A stretch of 63,874 bases of DNA, counting the filler, from Atractiella rhizophila (lineage: Eukaryota), in NCBI GenBank assembly GCA_021432655.1. It is 9 parts of 8 records of this genome, joined end to end, with 100 filler letters (N's around TTAATTAATTAA, not from the genome) between each part and the next. Parts side by side here need not be neighbours in the genome. Positions count along the whole stretch, not along the records: positions 1 to 11,320 come from MU272041.1; positions 11,421 to 22,692 come from MU272042.1; 7 more parts are not named here. One strand, written 5' to 3'. Under the pieces are notes generated by a model that ran no database searches, was not told the DNA's origin, and saw only the letters and a list, made by a program, of their open reading frames with translations. Every line of letters starts with the position of its first letter. The first letter of the stretch is position 1. Of the stretch, positions 1-12,896 are shown in pieces. Made by a program: the position numbers and the translations under genes.

Positions 1-1103
1 CCCAAAGTCAAGAGTGGCCAGGTCTCCACAACTCATGACAAGGACGTAATTTCCGCCTCCTTGATTCTGGATACTAGCTCCAATGCCTTCAGCGTAAGCT
101 TGGATGATGTCCGCTGGGAGGTTGACGATTGAGCTTCCCGAGTCGACCAACATCCTCATGTTCGTCCCGCTGATGGTCTTGCCTTTCGCAGTCAACCCTT
201 GGCATTCCACAGCCCAGAACACATCAGATGTGACGTCTGCAAACTTAACGTCTCCTGTGTAATGCGACGAATCCGTGCATCCGACGCAGATCTCACCACC
301 CGTAGAGTCCGTGGCAGAACCAGAGTTGAAGTTCTTAAAAGTGATATCGCGCTCCAAGAAGAGGGAAAAGATGGGCGAGTTGAGAGTGCCTCCATCACCA
401 GCAATGAGATGCTCCATGAACGTCGTCTGCTTGTTCGCGGCCAAGGTAGAGAAACCAAGACCGATCAATCCATCCTCCACTCCGCTATCCAGCTGTTCTG
501 AAGTGATGTTTGCGACCGAGAACCCTTGGCTGGGAATCGTAAAACCAGCTATGCGGAGGGTGTCTTGTGCCACAAAGCCGGTAGTTGACGTTCCGTCACC
601 GTACGTGATCTGCCACGGAGTCGTGCTGCCGACAAAGGTGGAGGAGGCTGAAGTAGCAAATTTCGGATGCTTCGTTGTATTGGCATCAGGGCCATAGACC
701 CACAAGTCGGCTGATCCAGCTATACAGAAGGAGGATTAGCTGCGCGTTGGCGGTCATTACAAAAGTGACAAACTATCAAACTGGAGCGTAAACATTTGGC
801 CTGGAGTTCCAAGTTCGATTTGACCAAGGTATATTCCTGCATGCTTTACATCAGCTCCAGACAAACCGCGCGAAGTGAAGACAAACCGTCGAGCGGTACA
901 CCATTTGAGAACTCTTCCTCTCCGTCTGCCCGCTTTGAAAACGCCAGCCTGCGCCGTCCATTGGACTCTGATGACTTGATATGCTTGGTGATGGAGACGA
1001 CGTTGAGTCCCCTCTTCTGCCATTCTTCATATTGCGATGACGAGGGAGGAAGAAATGTGGCTGAAGCGCTGGTGACAAAGAGCAAAAGTGACACGGTGAC
1101 CAT
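1..1103 (-). CDS. Secreted pepsin-like (A1) aspartic protease, 3' end outside window
   Basis: Signal peptide MVTVSLLLFVTSASA; exons read GIYLGQIELGTPGQMFTLQF-D|TGSADLWV (catalytic DTG split by an intron at ~721-774), ITYGDG, DGLIGLGF and second catalytic MLVDSGSS. Confidence 0.93.
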
Positions 1104-2062
1104 TTGACTGGAATACTGAGACTAAGACAACTAAGGCAAACTGGTAGGACGCCCGCTGAAGCGAGGATTCGAGTGTTTCGGCGTTGTAACACAAGGACCA
1201 GGTCGCCGAAAAGTTGAGGGGATCTTACAGAGGTTGAAAGGAATTTGACCAAACAGGGGCAGCTAAATAGTGGCCTCAAAACCATTCGGCCGTCAGCCAA
1301 ACATTCATTGACCAGGATTAACGCCTACGCAGGGAACCATGGTATATCAAAGTTTAAAGCAAGTGCACGTTCTATCACTGGACCGATGAAGGGGACCTTA
1401 CGCACATGTTTTCCTTGCTTTGAGCAGCAATCTCGTTCCGAGAATCCTGATCTTGTTCCCCACAGGAGTTGATAGAAGGGTTCAAAACAGACTAATATGG
1501 CGAGCGGAATGCTCTGAACCTCTAAGTTTGAGCAACACCTTAGCGGTCGAGCTTCCGTCCAGTCTACAGCTCATCGGGTAAGTCCCTTTCTAATTGGTTT
1601 CCGCGGCCCTTCCCTTTTGTTGACATGTAGAAGCGCTCCTCAGAGCTTCCTGTAACCTAGCCAGACCAAACCCTTTTTCATACTGTTCGGCACGCTGAAT
1701 AAACGCTGCATTCCTGCAGACAAATCGATCACCAACTCATGTCTCCACGTTAGCTCCCTTTGCGATTTAATACGGACCAAGTCACTGTTTTTTTACCCGA
1801 TTGCACCCTTAACCAAAACAAAACACGTAACTTAGGGATTATTTTCCTTCCCGTAGAAGTCGAAAGCGAAGCAGAAATACTCAAATCATCGAGAGAACCT
1901 GATGAACTAGAATAAAAGGCGCTTTAAAATAAAACCAACGTCTCCAGCCGAACTTCACATCGTAAGTAAAGTAACAGAAGAAGTTTGACGCGCATATGGT
2001 GTGAGAAGCCTGGTGACACATTCCCAAGTGGAGTACCCTATGACATCATTTTAAGGTTCCAG

Positions 2063-3600
2063 TCATGTGACATGCGCAAGAATTATTATAACTAATAATT
2101 TATATATAAAATAAATTACAATCAATTCAAATTTATGAAAATATTTATATAAATATTTTCCTGCGCAAGCGCAGATCCCTGAACCAACGTCAACGTGGTT
2201 CTTGTGAGGCAATCCAAGCTGCTGCGATGAGCTCCATCCTGAGATCCTGAGACACGTATAGAGTGGTTGACACAAGCAGAGCTCGAGCAGATTCCATTTT
2301 TCGTCTGCTGCGGCTTCGAACGAACTTTTGAATTGACCTAGATTTCGTTGGTGGTCTTCAATCTCTGCGAGAAGCGGCACCACATCAAATTTTTATCTCA
2401 CTAATTCTCGACACCTAGTGCAACTACTCTTTCTTCAGACTCTCTTTTCCATCTTTTAAAGCCTTGACCATCCTAACTACTATCCTGACAACCTCAGCCT
2501 TCTGGTCAGTGTGTTCCAGGAAGCTAGGGGCAAGACTTCTAACGCTCGCAATCGGAATGAAGAGCGATTGAGAGACATTCCAGAGTAGCGATAATATCTT
2601 CTCCCGATCCCATTTCCAATTGACGTCTTTGCTGCCTAGAAGTCTAGCGGCATTTGCATTAAACATGGCTTGGGTTTGAGCAGTGTCCAGAAGGAAACAT
2701 TTCGAGTGAAAGGCTTCGTCCGTCGGCACGAACCAGGTAGAAGAGGTGAGTAGCCTTTTTGAGGAAGAGGTGGGACACCCAAGACGGAAGTGGGATCGGC
2801 ATAACCCAGAAACATTCCAGACAACTGCCCCAACGATGTGTCGTTCTTGTTATCCCAGGTGCGCAGGTAGAACGGCCCAATCTCTCCCATCACCTGTGGG
2901 ACAAAATAGCAGAAAAAACGATAAATGCAGAAAAGACACGACTCCAAGTCGTCCAAAATCGTTTGCTGTTATAAAGGAAGGATGTTATCCTCCTGGTTTA
3001 CGATCACCTGCAAGGCACGTCAAGAAGGTAAGGGTAGGTTCCCTTGAGCGAGCAATGTCAAAATATGCACTAAATGAATTGTAACATGAAATGTACTGAC
3101 GAAGATCTCGATGTGAGTGTCCTTCTTGTAATCGCCTTCGGTTTCTGCGGATCGGGCTTGAGTGGATTTGGCTAACTTGATGGAAAAATCAAAATCGTTT
3201 AACCAACCAACGGTACGGAACGTTTCTTTTCCAGGTATGAACTGGCGCATGAAAATATTCGCCTAAGAAACATCACGCTGGACGAAGTCTTGATTATTTA
3301 GAGTTTCAAGCTCTGTCGGAGTTTCTGAGTGACGGCAGTAGTAGACAAAAGGAACTCACGCCGGAGAACCCCAACGAATGTATCCAAAACTTCGTCGACA
3401 TTTTTCGCTGCTCCAAGAGGAAGGCCGATGGCAGAGTGGGGAATCAACTCCTTCATCTGAATCTGCGACTGTTTCTTCTTGTCACGGGAGGCGCAGTCGC
3501 CACAAAAGTAGGAATCGGAGTGGTGTCTCTCTGTCCAGTGCCGCCTTCTTCCATGCTGAGAGTTCTGCTTGCCAAGTTGACTGCCATGTTGGTTGGGGTT
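2063..3600 (-). pseudogene. FunK1/Pkinase_fungal-type kinase relic
   Basis: Segments IGLPLGAAKNVDEVLDTF, DFVQRDVS*ANIFMR (in-frame TAG near 3264 in the catalytic loop), GWLNDFDFSIK, GTLPFL and DDLES match the FunK1 motif order; reading frames are broken. Confidence 0.7.
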
Positions 3601-3718
3601 ATTGAGATGACTGATTACTAAGCCTGCGACAGCCTGCGACAGCCTCCTCGCGTAAGAATCTACGTGACCACGGTCTCACATTATCCGCCCCGACGCGAAG
3701 CAATCTGTTGGAGTCACC

Positions 3719-5497
3719 ATGTCCACCATAGCCGACCTCCTCGATCGCACTGTCCTTCCTTTGGATACTCGACTCAGGGAAGTCCCAGACCCGACTCCAA
3801 CCGCCAGCCCCGAAAACTTCAGAGCAGAGCTTGCGAGACTTCATCCCTATCACCTCCGCCATCGACCCCGCTTCCTCGAAGACGTTTGCGACGCCACAGA
3901 GCGTATCTTGGGACACAAACTCGCCTCAGATCAGCTTCAAACGTCTTTGCGGGTTCACTTGCGCGCTATCGCTCGAAACCCTGTCGGAGACGAGAGCATC
4001 GCTAATACTCAGGCGTTCGCCTCTTGGCGGCTTGCTGTCACGGATACTTTCGAAGAAGCGACCAACTTGATCCTGGAATTTGAACGTGATCCTGCCAATC
4101 AAGGTACTCCCACCGACGGCAGGTTCGCGGTCGATCAGGAGACCAAGATCCAAGTCGAACTCAAAAGCCTACGTATTTCTACTAACTATGGAGATCAAAT
4201 TGTCACCATGGGCAAAAGCGACGATGGTTATGGCACCAACTTATATCACGCAGGCGACGGAACTGAGGCTGGAGCACGTTCAATAGTGACAAAAGTTCGT
4301 CCAGTCCGTCTCTCTCACCATCTTAACAATTTCCCAAGCTAGGGAAAAGGATGTCCATAAACAACGCGACCTTTGGCCTACTCTTTGGTGGAACGTCCTT
4401 CATCTTTTTCCAGCGAGTCATCCCATCCGATCGATCCTACCTATTGTGTTCCGATAGGTACAATGTCGTCGGTTCTCGAGTTATCAAAACGATCGTCGGC
4501 ATGTGTTTGGACGATACAGTCCTTCTTCCGCCTTCTGATCACCCTCCCCTCTTGTCAGCACCTCAAATTCCACCTGCTATGAACTCTCTTTCTGGGCTAC
4601 ATGGCATCAAGGAGAAAGGACGCACATACGTCAAACAACGAAACCTGGCCATAGCGGTAAGTGGTCTCATTCCGCGGTAGGTACGATCGCTAATCGTTGC
4701 CTTTCAGTCTAGTCTAGATGTCGTTTTCACTTTGTCCGTTCTTAACTCGAAGCTTTACCCGGTCCGCCCAGTTGGCATAATTGTTTGTTCCTCTCATCCA
4801 GCTGCCAGCCATTGATGTCTACCTCTAGTCGAAGCTCTGGGGGGAGAAGCGGTTGGAAGTCGCCGAAGCCCTTGGGTGGGGAGGATTCGCAACGGTTTTC
4901 GAAGCAACCTTAGGCAGCGAGAACCTAGCGGTCAAGTACTACAAAGGTTTGAGAAGGATGAAAGATCGAAGCCTAACCGATATGGACTACTTTCGACAAG
5001 AAGTCGCTGCATACGAGCGACTTTCGAACCTACAAGGGGAGTATATCCCGAAAGTTTATGGAAGCTACGAAGGAGTGGAGGAACGGTTCGGGGTCATATT
5101 GATGGAAATACTGAAAGGTGCTTTCGACCAGGATGTCGAGAAGATGTCATTCACATCGAGGTAGGTTTGTCACTGATCGGTTGACGCATATTTTATCTCG
5201 CTTTCTAGGGAAAAAGCCGTGGTGGCGTTGAAGAAAGTGCACGAATCCGGCGTCCTTCACGGCGATATTCGAACTCAAAACTTTTACTTCGGATCGGAAA
5301 GAGTTTATCTCCTTGACTTTTCGCATGCACGAGTTTGCGATTGTGGCGATCATCAGAGTGACATGAATTATGAGATAGAGGAAGCGAGGGTCATTTTGGG
5401 ACTGAGTGGAGCTGCTTCTCCAGGAAGTGACGGGGATCCTTGCAGCTGGAGAGCTGGATGCGAAAGAGAAAGAGGAGGAGCCGGAACTGTTCTTTGA
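3719..5497 (+). CDS. Putative PD-(D/E)xK nuclease-like domain fused to an atypical protein kinase (Crinkler-associated-like architecture)
   Basis: Introns ~4295-4338, ~4657-4707, ~4762-4828 and 5161-5208 join PTDGRF...VELKS and KLGKRMSINNATFGLLFGG to kinase motifs LGWGGFATV, AVK, FRQEVAAYERLSNLQGEYIPKVYG, LHGDIRTQN, LLDFSHA. 3' end uncertain. Confidence 0.72.
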
Positions 5498-6373
5498 TGA
5501 AGAGATGGGGCAGATGCGCTTGTGCTGTTACGCTCCCAGAGACAAGCGAGAGGTACGTGAGCGTTTAAGGAGGTTTGTGGGAAGATCGAGCCACAGAAGA
5601 CCTCGCAGAGAAGACTGGGAAGCAGCGTGGAAGGTCCGTCTATCCTATTCTTCCTGGCACGGATTGAGCTGTTGCTGATTGGTTCTTGATGTAGGAGAGA
5701 AAGACGAGAGGAGGATGACATTAGTTCGATGGTCCTCCGGAGGAGATCACGAGCACGTTGTCAGATACAGAACATCCAGATGCTGATTTCCGCCAATGTC
5801 TCAACTAGAACGGCATAGCACCTGGTTCGGTCTCCATCCTGAATGTGCATAGGATCTTTGACAGGGCACATGAGGCAGCGGGCAACAACCCAAGAGACGG
5901 AGGTTACTTCGATCACTGGCAGACATCTTCAAAATCCCTTCTCAATCATCTTCCTCTTCAATCTCCAGCCTCCATTCCTCATAACCGGCCAGGATCAAAC
6001 CGAGCGCTCCTCTTGGTTCTACTGCCTCTTCTAGAATTCTGTCAGTAAGCCCTTCAACACAACAACACGCCACTTCATGGGCCCGGAAGGAGGCTTCTTC
6101 CTACCCACTGTAGCCTAACGTCGCAACCCAACCTTTCTGCGGACCATTCTCCAAACGGTTAACTCAATTTGGTATCGTCTTGTCAGTGGTCTCTATTCAT
6201 CACATGACCTCTAGAGATGGTCAAAGAAGCTTCTTCAAATCCTCATAGCACCAAAAAAAACGCAAGCATAATGTAGTCATTATTTTTTTTTCTTGTGGCA
6301 CAAGTCAGGGTTAAACAAAGACTTTGTTGCTTTGTTTGGATAAGTATAAAACAAAGGCTATGTGTGCAGTTCA

Positions 6374-6446
6374 GCCCGGCTAGCTCAGTCGGTAGAGCAT
6401 CAGACTCTTAATCTGAGTGTCGTGGGTTCGAGCCCCACGTTGGGCG
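6374..6446 (+). tRNA. tRNA-Lys(CTT), intronless
   Basis: GCCCGGCTAGCTCAGTCGGTAGAGC...CAGA-CTCTTAA-TCTG...GGTTCGAGCCCCACGTTGGGCG cloverleaf; T run at ~6450-6454 as Pol III terminator. Confidence 0.97.
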
Positions 6447-6582
6447 AAGTTTTTGCGCATGGGAAACACACACAGGAACCAGATGACAACGATGTCGAAG
6501 GTTTTCGCGTCACAGTCAATCAGAAACTAAGTGTCATCAATGTTCAACTTCACAGGTTATTTACTATTCCAGTGACAGTACA

Positions 6583-8302
6583 TCATTTTTGCTTGAGCTG
6601 CAACGTAATAATATCTCCATCGTCAATGTTGAGGCTCGCCAGCGTGATACCAGTACTGAGTATCTTTCCACCATATAGCAGACGCTGCTTTGCAACTGGA
6701 CAACCAGTTTTGTGCTACGGAACACCAAAGTGAGTGGTAGCAAGAATGGAAGTGGATGAAACACATACCATAATCCTGTCTCTTAAACTACCAGCCATCA
6801 GATTGAGTGGCACGTCGTCCAGCACAATCGCACTCCCATTACATCCCCACTCAGGTTTCTCAGGGTAACTTGGTAGGTTGATAACGATCGAGACGGGATC
6901 CTACGATAAGCGAATTAGCTTCCTTTCGTGTTGACAAGGGTAAGAACAAACAGGGTTCATGGTTAACCAGTCACTCTCTGGATAAAATTGACCAGGCGGC
7001 AACTTCATCACCTTCATTCTCTTCACTTGTGGGCCATCGTCCGGCGGACCCTCAGCAGGCCTCACGCCAAGCCCTGAATAGTTGGCAAACGAAATTGGTG
7101 GGAGTGTCTGAGGTGGAGGGCCTTGCATGCCCTCTCCAGGATTGAGGACTGGTGGCCGCGCAGGAAGCCCATGCGGTACAGTGGGATACTGCATCTGGGC
7201 TTGCGCTTGAGGAGGGAGCGTGGGGAATCCCATCCCACCCAAATGAATTGGAGCAGGCTGCATTCCTTGGCCAGACATCGAGGGTGGAGCCGCCATTGGC
7301 TGGGGAGCGGCGAACATGGTCGCACCGGAAGATGCCCCGGAGGAGGCAAGCAGAGGGGGCGGCATAGGGGCTGAGGGATCCAGAATTTGAGGTTGACCAG
7401 GGAGGGCGGGACCTATCTTTGGGAGGCCTGTGTCCTCCCTAAGCAGACAGTCAACAATGATCACTTAGTGTAGTCAAAAGGTGACATGGAAGACGCACGT
7501 CGGAACAAGACCTTTGGCCTTGTGAAGGGCCTCGATCTGCTCTTGCAGGTTTACACCTGTTTGGAATCGTTCCGTGACTGCATCCCTCGTGGCAGCATGA
7601 CCGTCCCAGACAACCTTCTCCCTCTCCCTCTGCTTTGCTTTGGCTTCCGCCTCCTGCCTCTTCGCCTCTTCTTCTGCAGTTGTTGAGAACAAATCCGTTC
7701 GCACAGCTGCAAACTCTCGCAGATTTTTTGTAACATCGGTACCTAACAGTTCGATTTCAATTGGACGCTTCAAATGTGCAAAGGGAGAACCAACCAGCGG
7801 TCGCCAGATTCGCCGCACTTCGATGAGCTTCTAAGGCAGCCTTCTTCTCCTTCCAACGAGGATCCAGGAGCTCTATTCGGACGTGTTCCGCGAACTCTGC
7901 ATCGGGTACTTGCTGTCCGCAAATTTGGCAGAGAGACATGGGGACTTTCGGCTGCCGTTTTGCTAGCAAACAGTATCTTTCAGCACGCGAAAAACGTACA
8001 AAAAAAACCAGTGATACTCACACTTCGGGACGTAGTCTTTCCGCACTTTCACCACACCACCACTTGTATCAGCCACCTTGATAACTTCCTCTTCCCTGAC
8101 CTCGTCTTCCATCTCTACACCTTCGTCCTCCTCCTCTTCTTCAACAACCGCCAACTGCTCTGCTTTCTGCGCAAGTGCTACCTCTTCGTCCTTTCCTTCC
8201 ATGACAAGCGCCGCCATCCTCTTCTCCTTGATACTCATATTCTCTATCTCCTGTACGCTCATTGGGGGCGGGAGCTCAACGATTCCGATCTCTTCTCCCT
8301 CT
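6583..8302 (-). CDS. PRP21: Splicing factor 3A subunit 1 (Prp21/Sap114), C-terminal half only
   Basis: ELPPPMSVQEIENMSIKEKRM, VKVRKDYVPK, CQICGQQVPDAEFAEHVRIELLDPRWKE, KVVWDGH, Pro-rich tract and ubiquitin-like C-terminus ending LQLKQK* at 6583. SURP domains not seen upstream. Confidence 0.9.
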
Positions 8303-8774
8303 AAACACTCACCGAGACTTGATGTAAATTCCCCAAAACACTTAACTTGGAACAGCAACGTCTCTGTAATAGGTAGAGTGTCGGGAAAAACGGCGGGCAA
8401 GTCCTTCCGCTAAGCAAAGGCTCGAGAGCGTTTCCCTCGCGGTTTTGATGGTTAAGCTGAAAGAGGCGGGGAGAGTGTCAGAGTTAGCAATAAAATTATT
8501 CGAATAGCTTAACATGTGGTTCTAAGAGTAAGGCCTGTTCCGTTGAGAAAGGTACGAGCTTGCAGCTCCTCCGCAGTTGAAGAGTCCAAGACTCCTTCTC
8601 TTCTCGGAACGACGCTCCTTTCTTAACGACTGCCTATAGTTGTTCGCGCAGCTCGTGTGCGCAAAAGTCGATCCCTCCTAGTTTCGGTAGAGTCTAGACC
8701 TTCGTTTCCTCTCTTACCTCAAGCTTTCGTAGCTAACCGTCCTAAAGTAGCATCATAGAAGACAGCTCAAATGT
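8303..8774 (-). pseudogene. Degraded coding/repeat relic with TAG stops (RIP-like)
   Basis: Minus frame MLL*DG*LRKLEVREETKV*TLPKL...EQL*AVV, stops at plausible CAG positions; TpA-rich; intron-like signals remain. Confidence 0.45.
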
Positions 8775-10144
8775 NNNNNNNNNNNNNNNNNNNNNNNNNN
8801 NNNNNNNNNNNNNNNNNNNNNNNNNNNNNNNNNNNNNNNNNNNNNNNNNNNNNNNNNNNNNNNNNNNNNNNNNNNNNNNNNNNNNNNNNNNNNNNNNNNN
8901 NNNNNNNNNNNNNNNNNNNNNNNNNNNNNNNNNNNNNNNNNNNNNNNNNNNNNNNNNNNNNNNNNNNNNNNNNNNNNNNNNNNNNNNNNNNNNNNNNNNN
9001 NNNNNNNNNNNNNNNNNNNNNNNNNNNNNNNNNNNNNNNNNNNNNNNNNNNNNNNNNNNNNNNNNNNNNNNNNNNNNNNNNNNNNNNNNNNNNNNNNNNN
9101 NNNNNNNNNNNNNNNNNNNNNNNNNNNNNNNNNNNNNNNNNNNNNNNNNNNNNNNNNNNNNNNNNNNNNNNNNNNNNNNNNNNNNNNNNNNNNNNNNNNN
9201 NNNNNNNNNNNNNNNNNNNNNNNNNNNNNNNNNNNNNNNNNNNNNNNNNNNNNNNNNNNNNNNNNNNNNNNNNNNNNNNNNNNNNNNNNNNNNNNNNNNN
9301 NNNNNNNNNNNNNNNNNNNNNNNNNNNNNNNNNNNNNNNNNNNNNNNNNNNNNNNNNNNNNNNNNNNNNNNNNNNNNNNNNNNNNNNNNNNNNNNNNNNN
9401 NNNNNNNNNNNNNNNNNNNNNNNNNNNNNNNNNNNNNNNNNNNNNNNNNNNNNNNNNNNNNNNNNNNNNNNNNNNNNNNNNNNNNNNNNNNNNNNNNNNN
9501 NNNNNNNNNNNNNNNNNNNNNNNNNNNNNNNNNNNNNNNNNNNNNNNNNNNNNNNNNNNNNNNNNNNNNNNNNNNNNNNNNNNNNNNNNNNNNNNNNAAC
9601 TACTTTGTGGCCAATTGGAGGACAGTGTTGTCTTGTCTTGTGGATGTCAGAGAATGAACTAAGAGTTGGTTGCCTGACTAAAGTTCCGGTTGTGCTCTTC
9701 CACTCTTTTGCCTGCTTGGCCCCTCTTCCCTGTCCCTGCTTTCCGTCATTCGAAGTCCTCAGTTTGTTTTGCCCAAAAATTGCCTGTGAGCGCAGCTGCT
9801 ATTACGATTAACTCACTAGTAGTAGTATTAATCCGTATCCTTGAATTTTGATGATAGATAGAGATACACTGCTATGGCAGCTATGCCCAGTAGCTGTGTC
9901 TTTCCATCTTGATAATTTTATCCTCCCAAGCGAATCAATCCCTGAAAGAGCGGCCCAGGCTCGCTATCACGAGAACGGGTTGCTAAGTGTCAACGCATTG
10001 GGTTACCGTGCTCTACATCCAAAGAGAATCAGAGCTGCCTTGAGCTGCGTTTGATCAAAGGGAGCACAAAGTCCTCTCAGCACATGCTTAAGCGTTGCTC
10101 CATCGATTCGGTTAACACGCTGATTCTCGGTTTTGCAGAGCAAT

Positions 10145-11320
10145 ATGCCACGAGGAGCGACTGACATACACTGGCTGCCACCCTAGTTACTTGAACTAAT
10201 ACTGACCCATGTTTGCATGGACGAAAATCTTGACAATGTCAGCATTGTCGCTCTCCGCAGAACTTGTCGTTCTTTCCGCGACATTCTCGACCATGTCATC
10301 TTTCGAAGGAAGATACTTCTGACATCTCCATCTGCTTTTATCTTCCTTAAACAGCCAGCCATTTGTGCACGTCTGAAAACCTCTCTTCGTCAAAAACCTC
10401 GAGCACGAACAACCCAGCCAATTACTCCAAGTTCTGGACAAGACTCCTGGCTTGAAGTCGCTACATATGCTGTGGAGCGCTGATAATCTTCGCTCTCAAA
10501 GCTTTTGGGCGACTTTTCGCTTCTCCAGCGCACTTACACTTGGACTTGTCGCAGTAACTCGTACCATTAATCACGAATTTTTCACTGGAGAAGGTCGCCA
10601 CGTTCTGTTCGCTTTGTCATCCCTGCAAGCACTACGACACCTCTCTTTGCTCTTCCGGTATTTACGGATTCCAGACTCCTGTTGCCTATCTGCAAACCTG
10701 TTTACACTTGAAATCCTTGGAGAGGACGGTCCCGATTCACATCCTCTACTTTCTTATTGCTTCCGGAATAGTGTCGAAACCTTGCGCAGTCTTCTCTACC
10801 GCAAACATCTCAAGTAAATGAATTTATCCAGGCATGTTCTAACCTCCAATATTTGGGATGTAATGCCTGTTCCACGATGTATCCGCTGCCTCATTTGCTC
10901 AATTTGGAGCGGCTTTTTGTGTTCCATGATCATGGTTCTGAAAACATTTTGAGGAGGGTAGCTTTCGACGCAATCGGGCCAGACATCACCATTTTCCGAA
11001 ATCTTGTTTTGCTAGAATTGCGGTGCATAAGCCTTGTCTCTGAACTCTCTCAATTCCAAAACGTGACTTCTTCGAAAAAGGCATCTTGCCTTGGTTGATT
11101 GCGGCGTGATTCCGGAGACCTTTGGCGACTTCATTCAGGAAGGCTTTTTGCAAAACCTTGAGATCCAGTGGCATGACATAGTATCATTCCATCCTAAGGA
11201 AGAACAGCGCGACCTTATACTCCGCTTCCGACAAATCTTGACACATGTTGCAATCAGCGTCTTAGGCAATATCTAAATGCTGGAGGCGCTCTTACATCCG
11301 AGACGTTCCCGAGCCTCCTA
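10145..11320 (+). pseudogene. F-box/LRR-like pseudogene
   Basis: MPRGATDIHWLPP*LLELILTHV...VALRRTCRSFRDI resembles an F-box with Glu changed to TAG; downstream LxxLxL repeats lie in shifting frames. Confidence 0.7.
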
Positions 11321-11420
11321 NNNNNNNNNNNNNNNNNNNNNNNNNNNNNNNNNNNNNNNNNNNNTTAATTAATTAANNNNNNNNNNNNNNNNNNNNNNNN
11401 NNNNNNNNNNNNNNNNNNNN
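11321..11420. other. Artificial six-frame-stop linker (also 22693-22792, 34056-34155, 45397-45496, 56731-56830, 58661-58760, 60794-60893, 62734-62833)
   Basis: 44 N + TTAATTAATTAA + 44 N, repeated eight times. Confidence 0.97.
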
Positions 11421-12896
11421 GTCCACGCCGTTTTCTACCCATGCTTTCTTTCCTGCAAGACTTTAGCTCAGCTTCGCGTTACTTGAAAAACTTACGCTTC
11501 CACAAATGCTTTCTCAAACTGGTCCTTGACTCCCTTCATATCTAGCTCACTCCTAATTCCTGAACCTCTATCGTTGTGCGCAAGCCGCCTAATAATGCTG
11601 AAACGCGTTCGAGAGTGGTGTCGGCACCGCGAAGGTAGACTTCCAACAATGCCTGTAAGCGGGCTCATTCAGTCAAGTCAGGCTTGGAGAGGAATGAAAG
11701 TCCCAAATATCACATTGAAATTCCAAGCAGCATACTATTTAGCGAACGGAGGCAATTAGCTAGTCAGACAGAGATGTTCTTTATCCGTAAATGTAATTAC
11801 TGTGATTATGAGATTATTACGCGGAAAAATTGCATACTCAAGGACCTGCATGACTTTCACGTCTGGATATCGCGGAGCAGTTCCGTGGATCTATCGTTAA
11901 GATGGAATATGGTTTGGATTGAACAGCTTGACTCCGTCTGTTTTCCATGAGCGCGCACAATGCCTCGCATGTAGAGGTTCATTACCGTTCATTGACAGTA
12001 GTACGGTGGCCTCATTGGCCACTCGATAATTCCAGCTCGGATTTTTTTATGGCAGCTCAACATTTGACAATCAATCGCTACAGAGGCTGTCGAGTTTTCT
12101 GTGAGCGAATCGACGATAAAGAATCTAAAGACGATAAGCGGTCGCAAATTTGTCGCACCTTCGACAGAGAATATCGTCTCTTAGGAAGATGTCGGATCAT
12201 ACATTCAACTGCAAACTTTTATTGGGCATGGTTCAGTATGAAGCAAGACCTCCGATCTAACAATCGCATCTCGATCAACCTGCGACCAAGGCTTGATGCA
12301 GAAAAGCGCCAGAACTTCGAGCGTAAACTCAGTCCATAGGTTGGATATGCGGTTCTGATTCATTCACGAAAGCGAGAGTCAGCGAAGGAACTATGTCCGC
12401 GCTCGAAAGACGGCGTGAGTCGCTGAAAAGGCATGGGAAGCGGACATTCCCCTACTCGGCATTTGCCATCAGAGCCCGGCGAGGTGGATTTCCCTCGCCT
12501 CCTGCTAGTAGCGCTCTGACTAGTATTTCATTACCTTCATTCATCCTCATTTCATGCCAACTCAACACCAGTAAATTTCAATGAATGTGAGGACGGAGCT
12601 CACGTTATATGTACTTGAAATCCCGCCTCGTCGCACCACAACTTGATATCATTTTGAGCAAGCCATCGTTTGCAGCTTGGGTGCAAAAACAAACAGAACT
12701 AGTTGAGTTGAGTGCTTAAGTCGCCAAAGTAGCCTAATTGCCGTATCAATCTAATTTGAGAAATCGATCATTCAAACTTGTTTTTACTTTGAAGGATCTA
12801 GCTAGTCACCCAGAAGACTTGGACGACTGTCTTGATAGGGGATGATAGGAGGAGGAGGGAAACTACGAGGGGAGTTCTGGGCAAGGATAAGCAGAC

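Noticed and set aside
6362..6733. 123-aa ORF
   Set aside because: Overlaps the tRNA-Lys and the antisense of the PRP21 last exon.
8771..9811. Long ORFs through N gaps (also 14958-16001, 15189-15902, 18094-18689)
   Set aside because: Created by runs of N.
11365..11376. Recurrent palindrome TTAATTAATTAA at ~11.3-kb spacing
   Set aside because: Always embedded in 44+44 N; an assembly linker, not biology.
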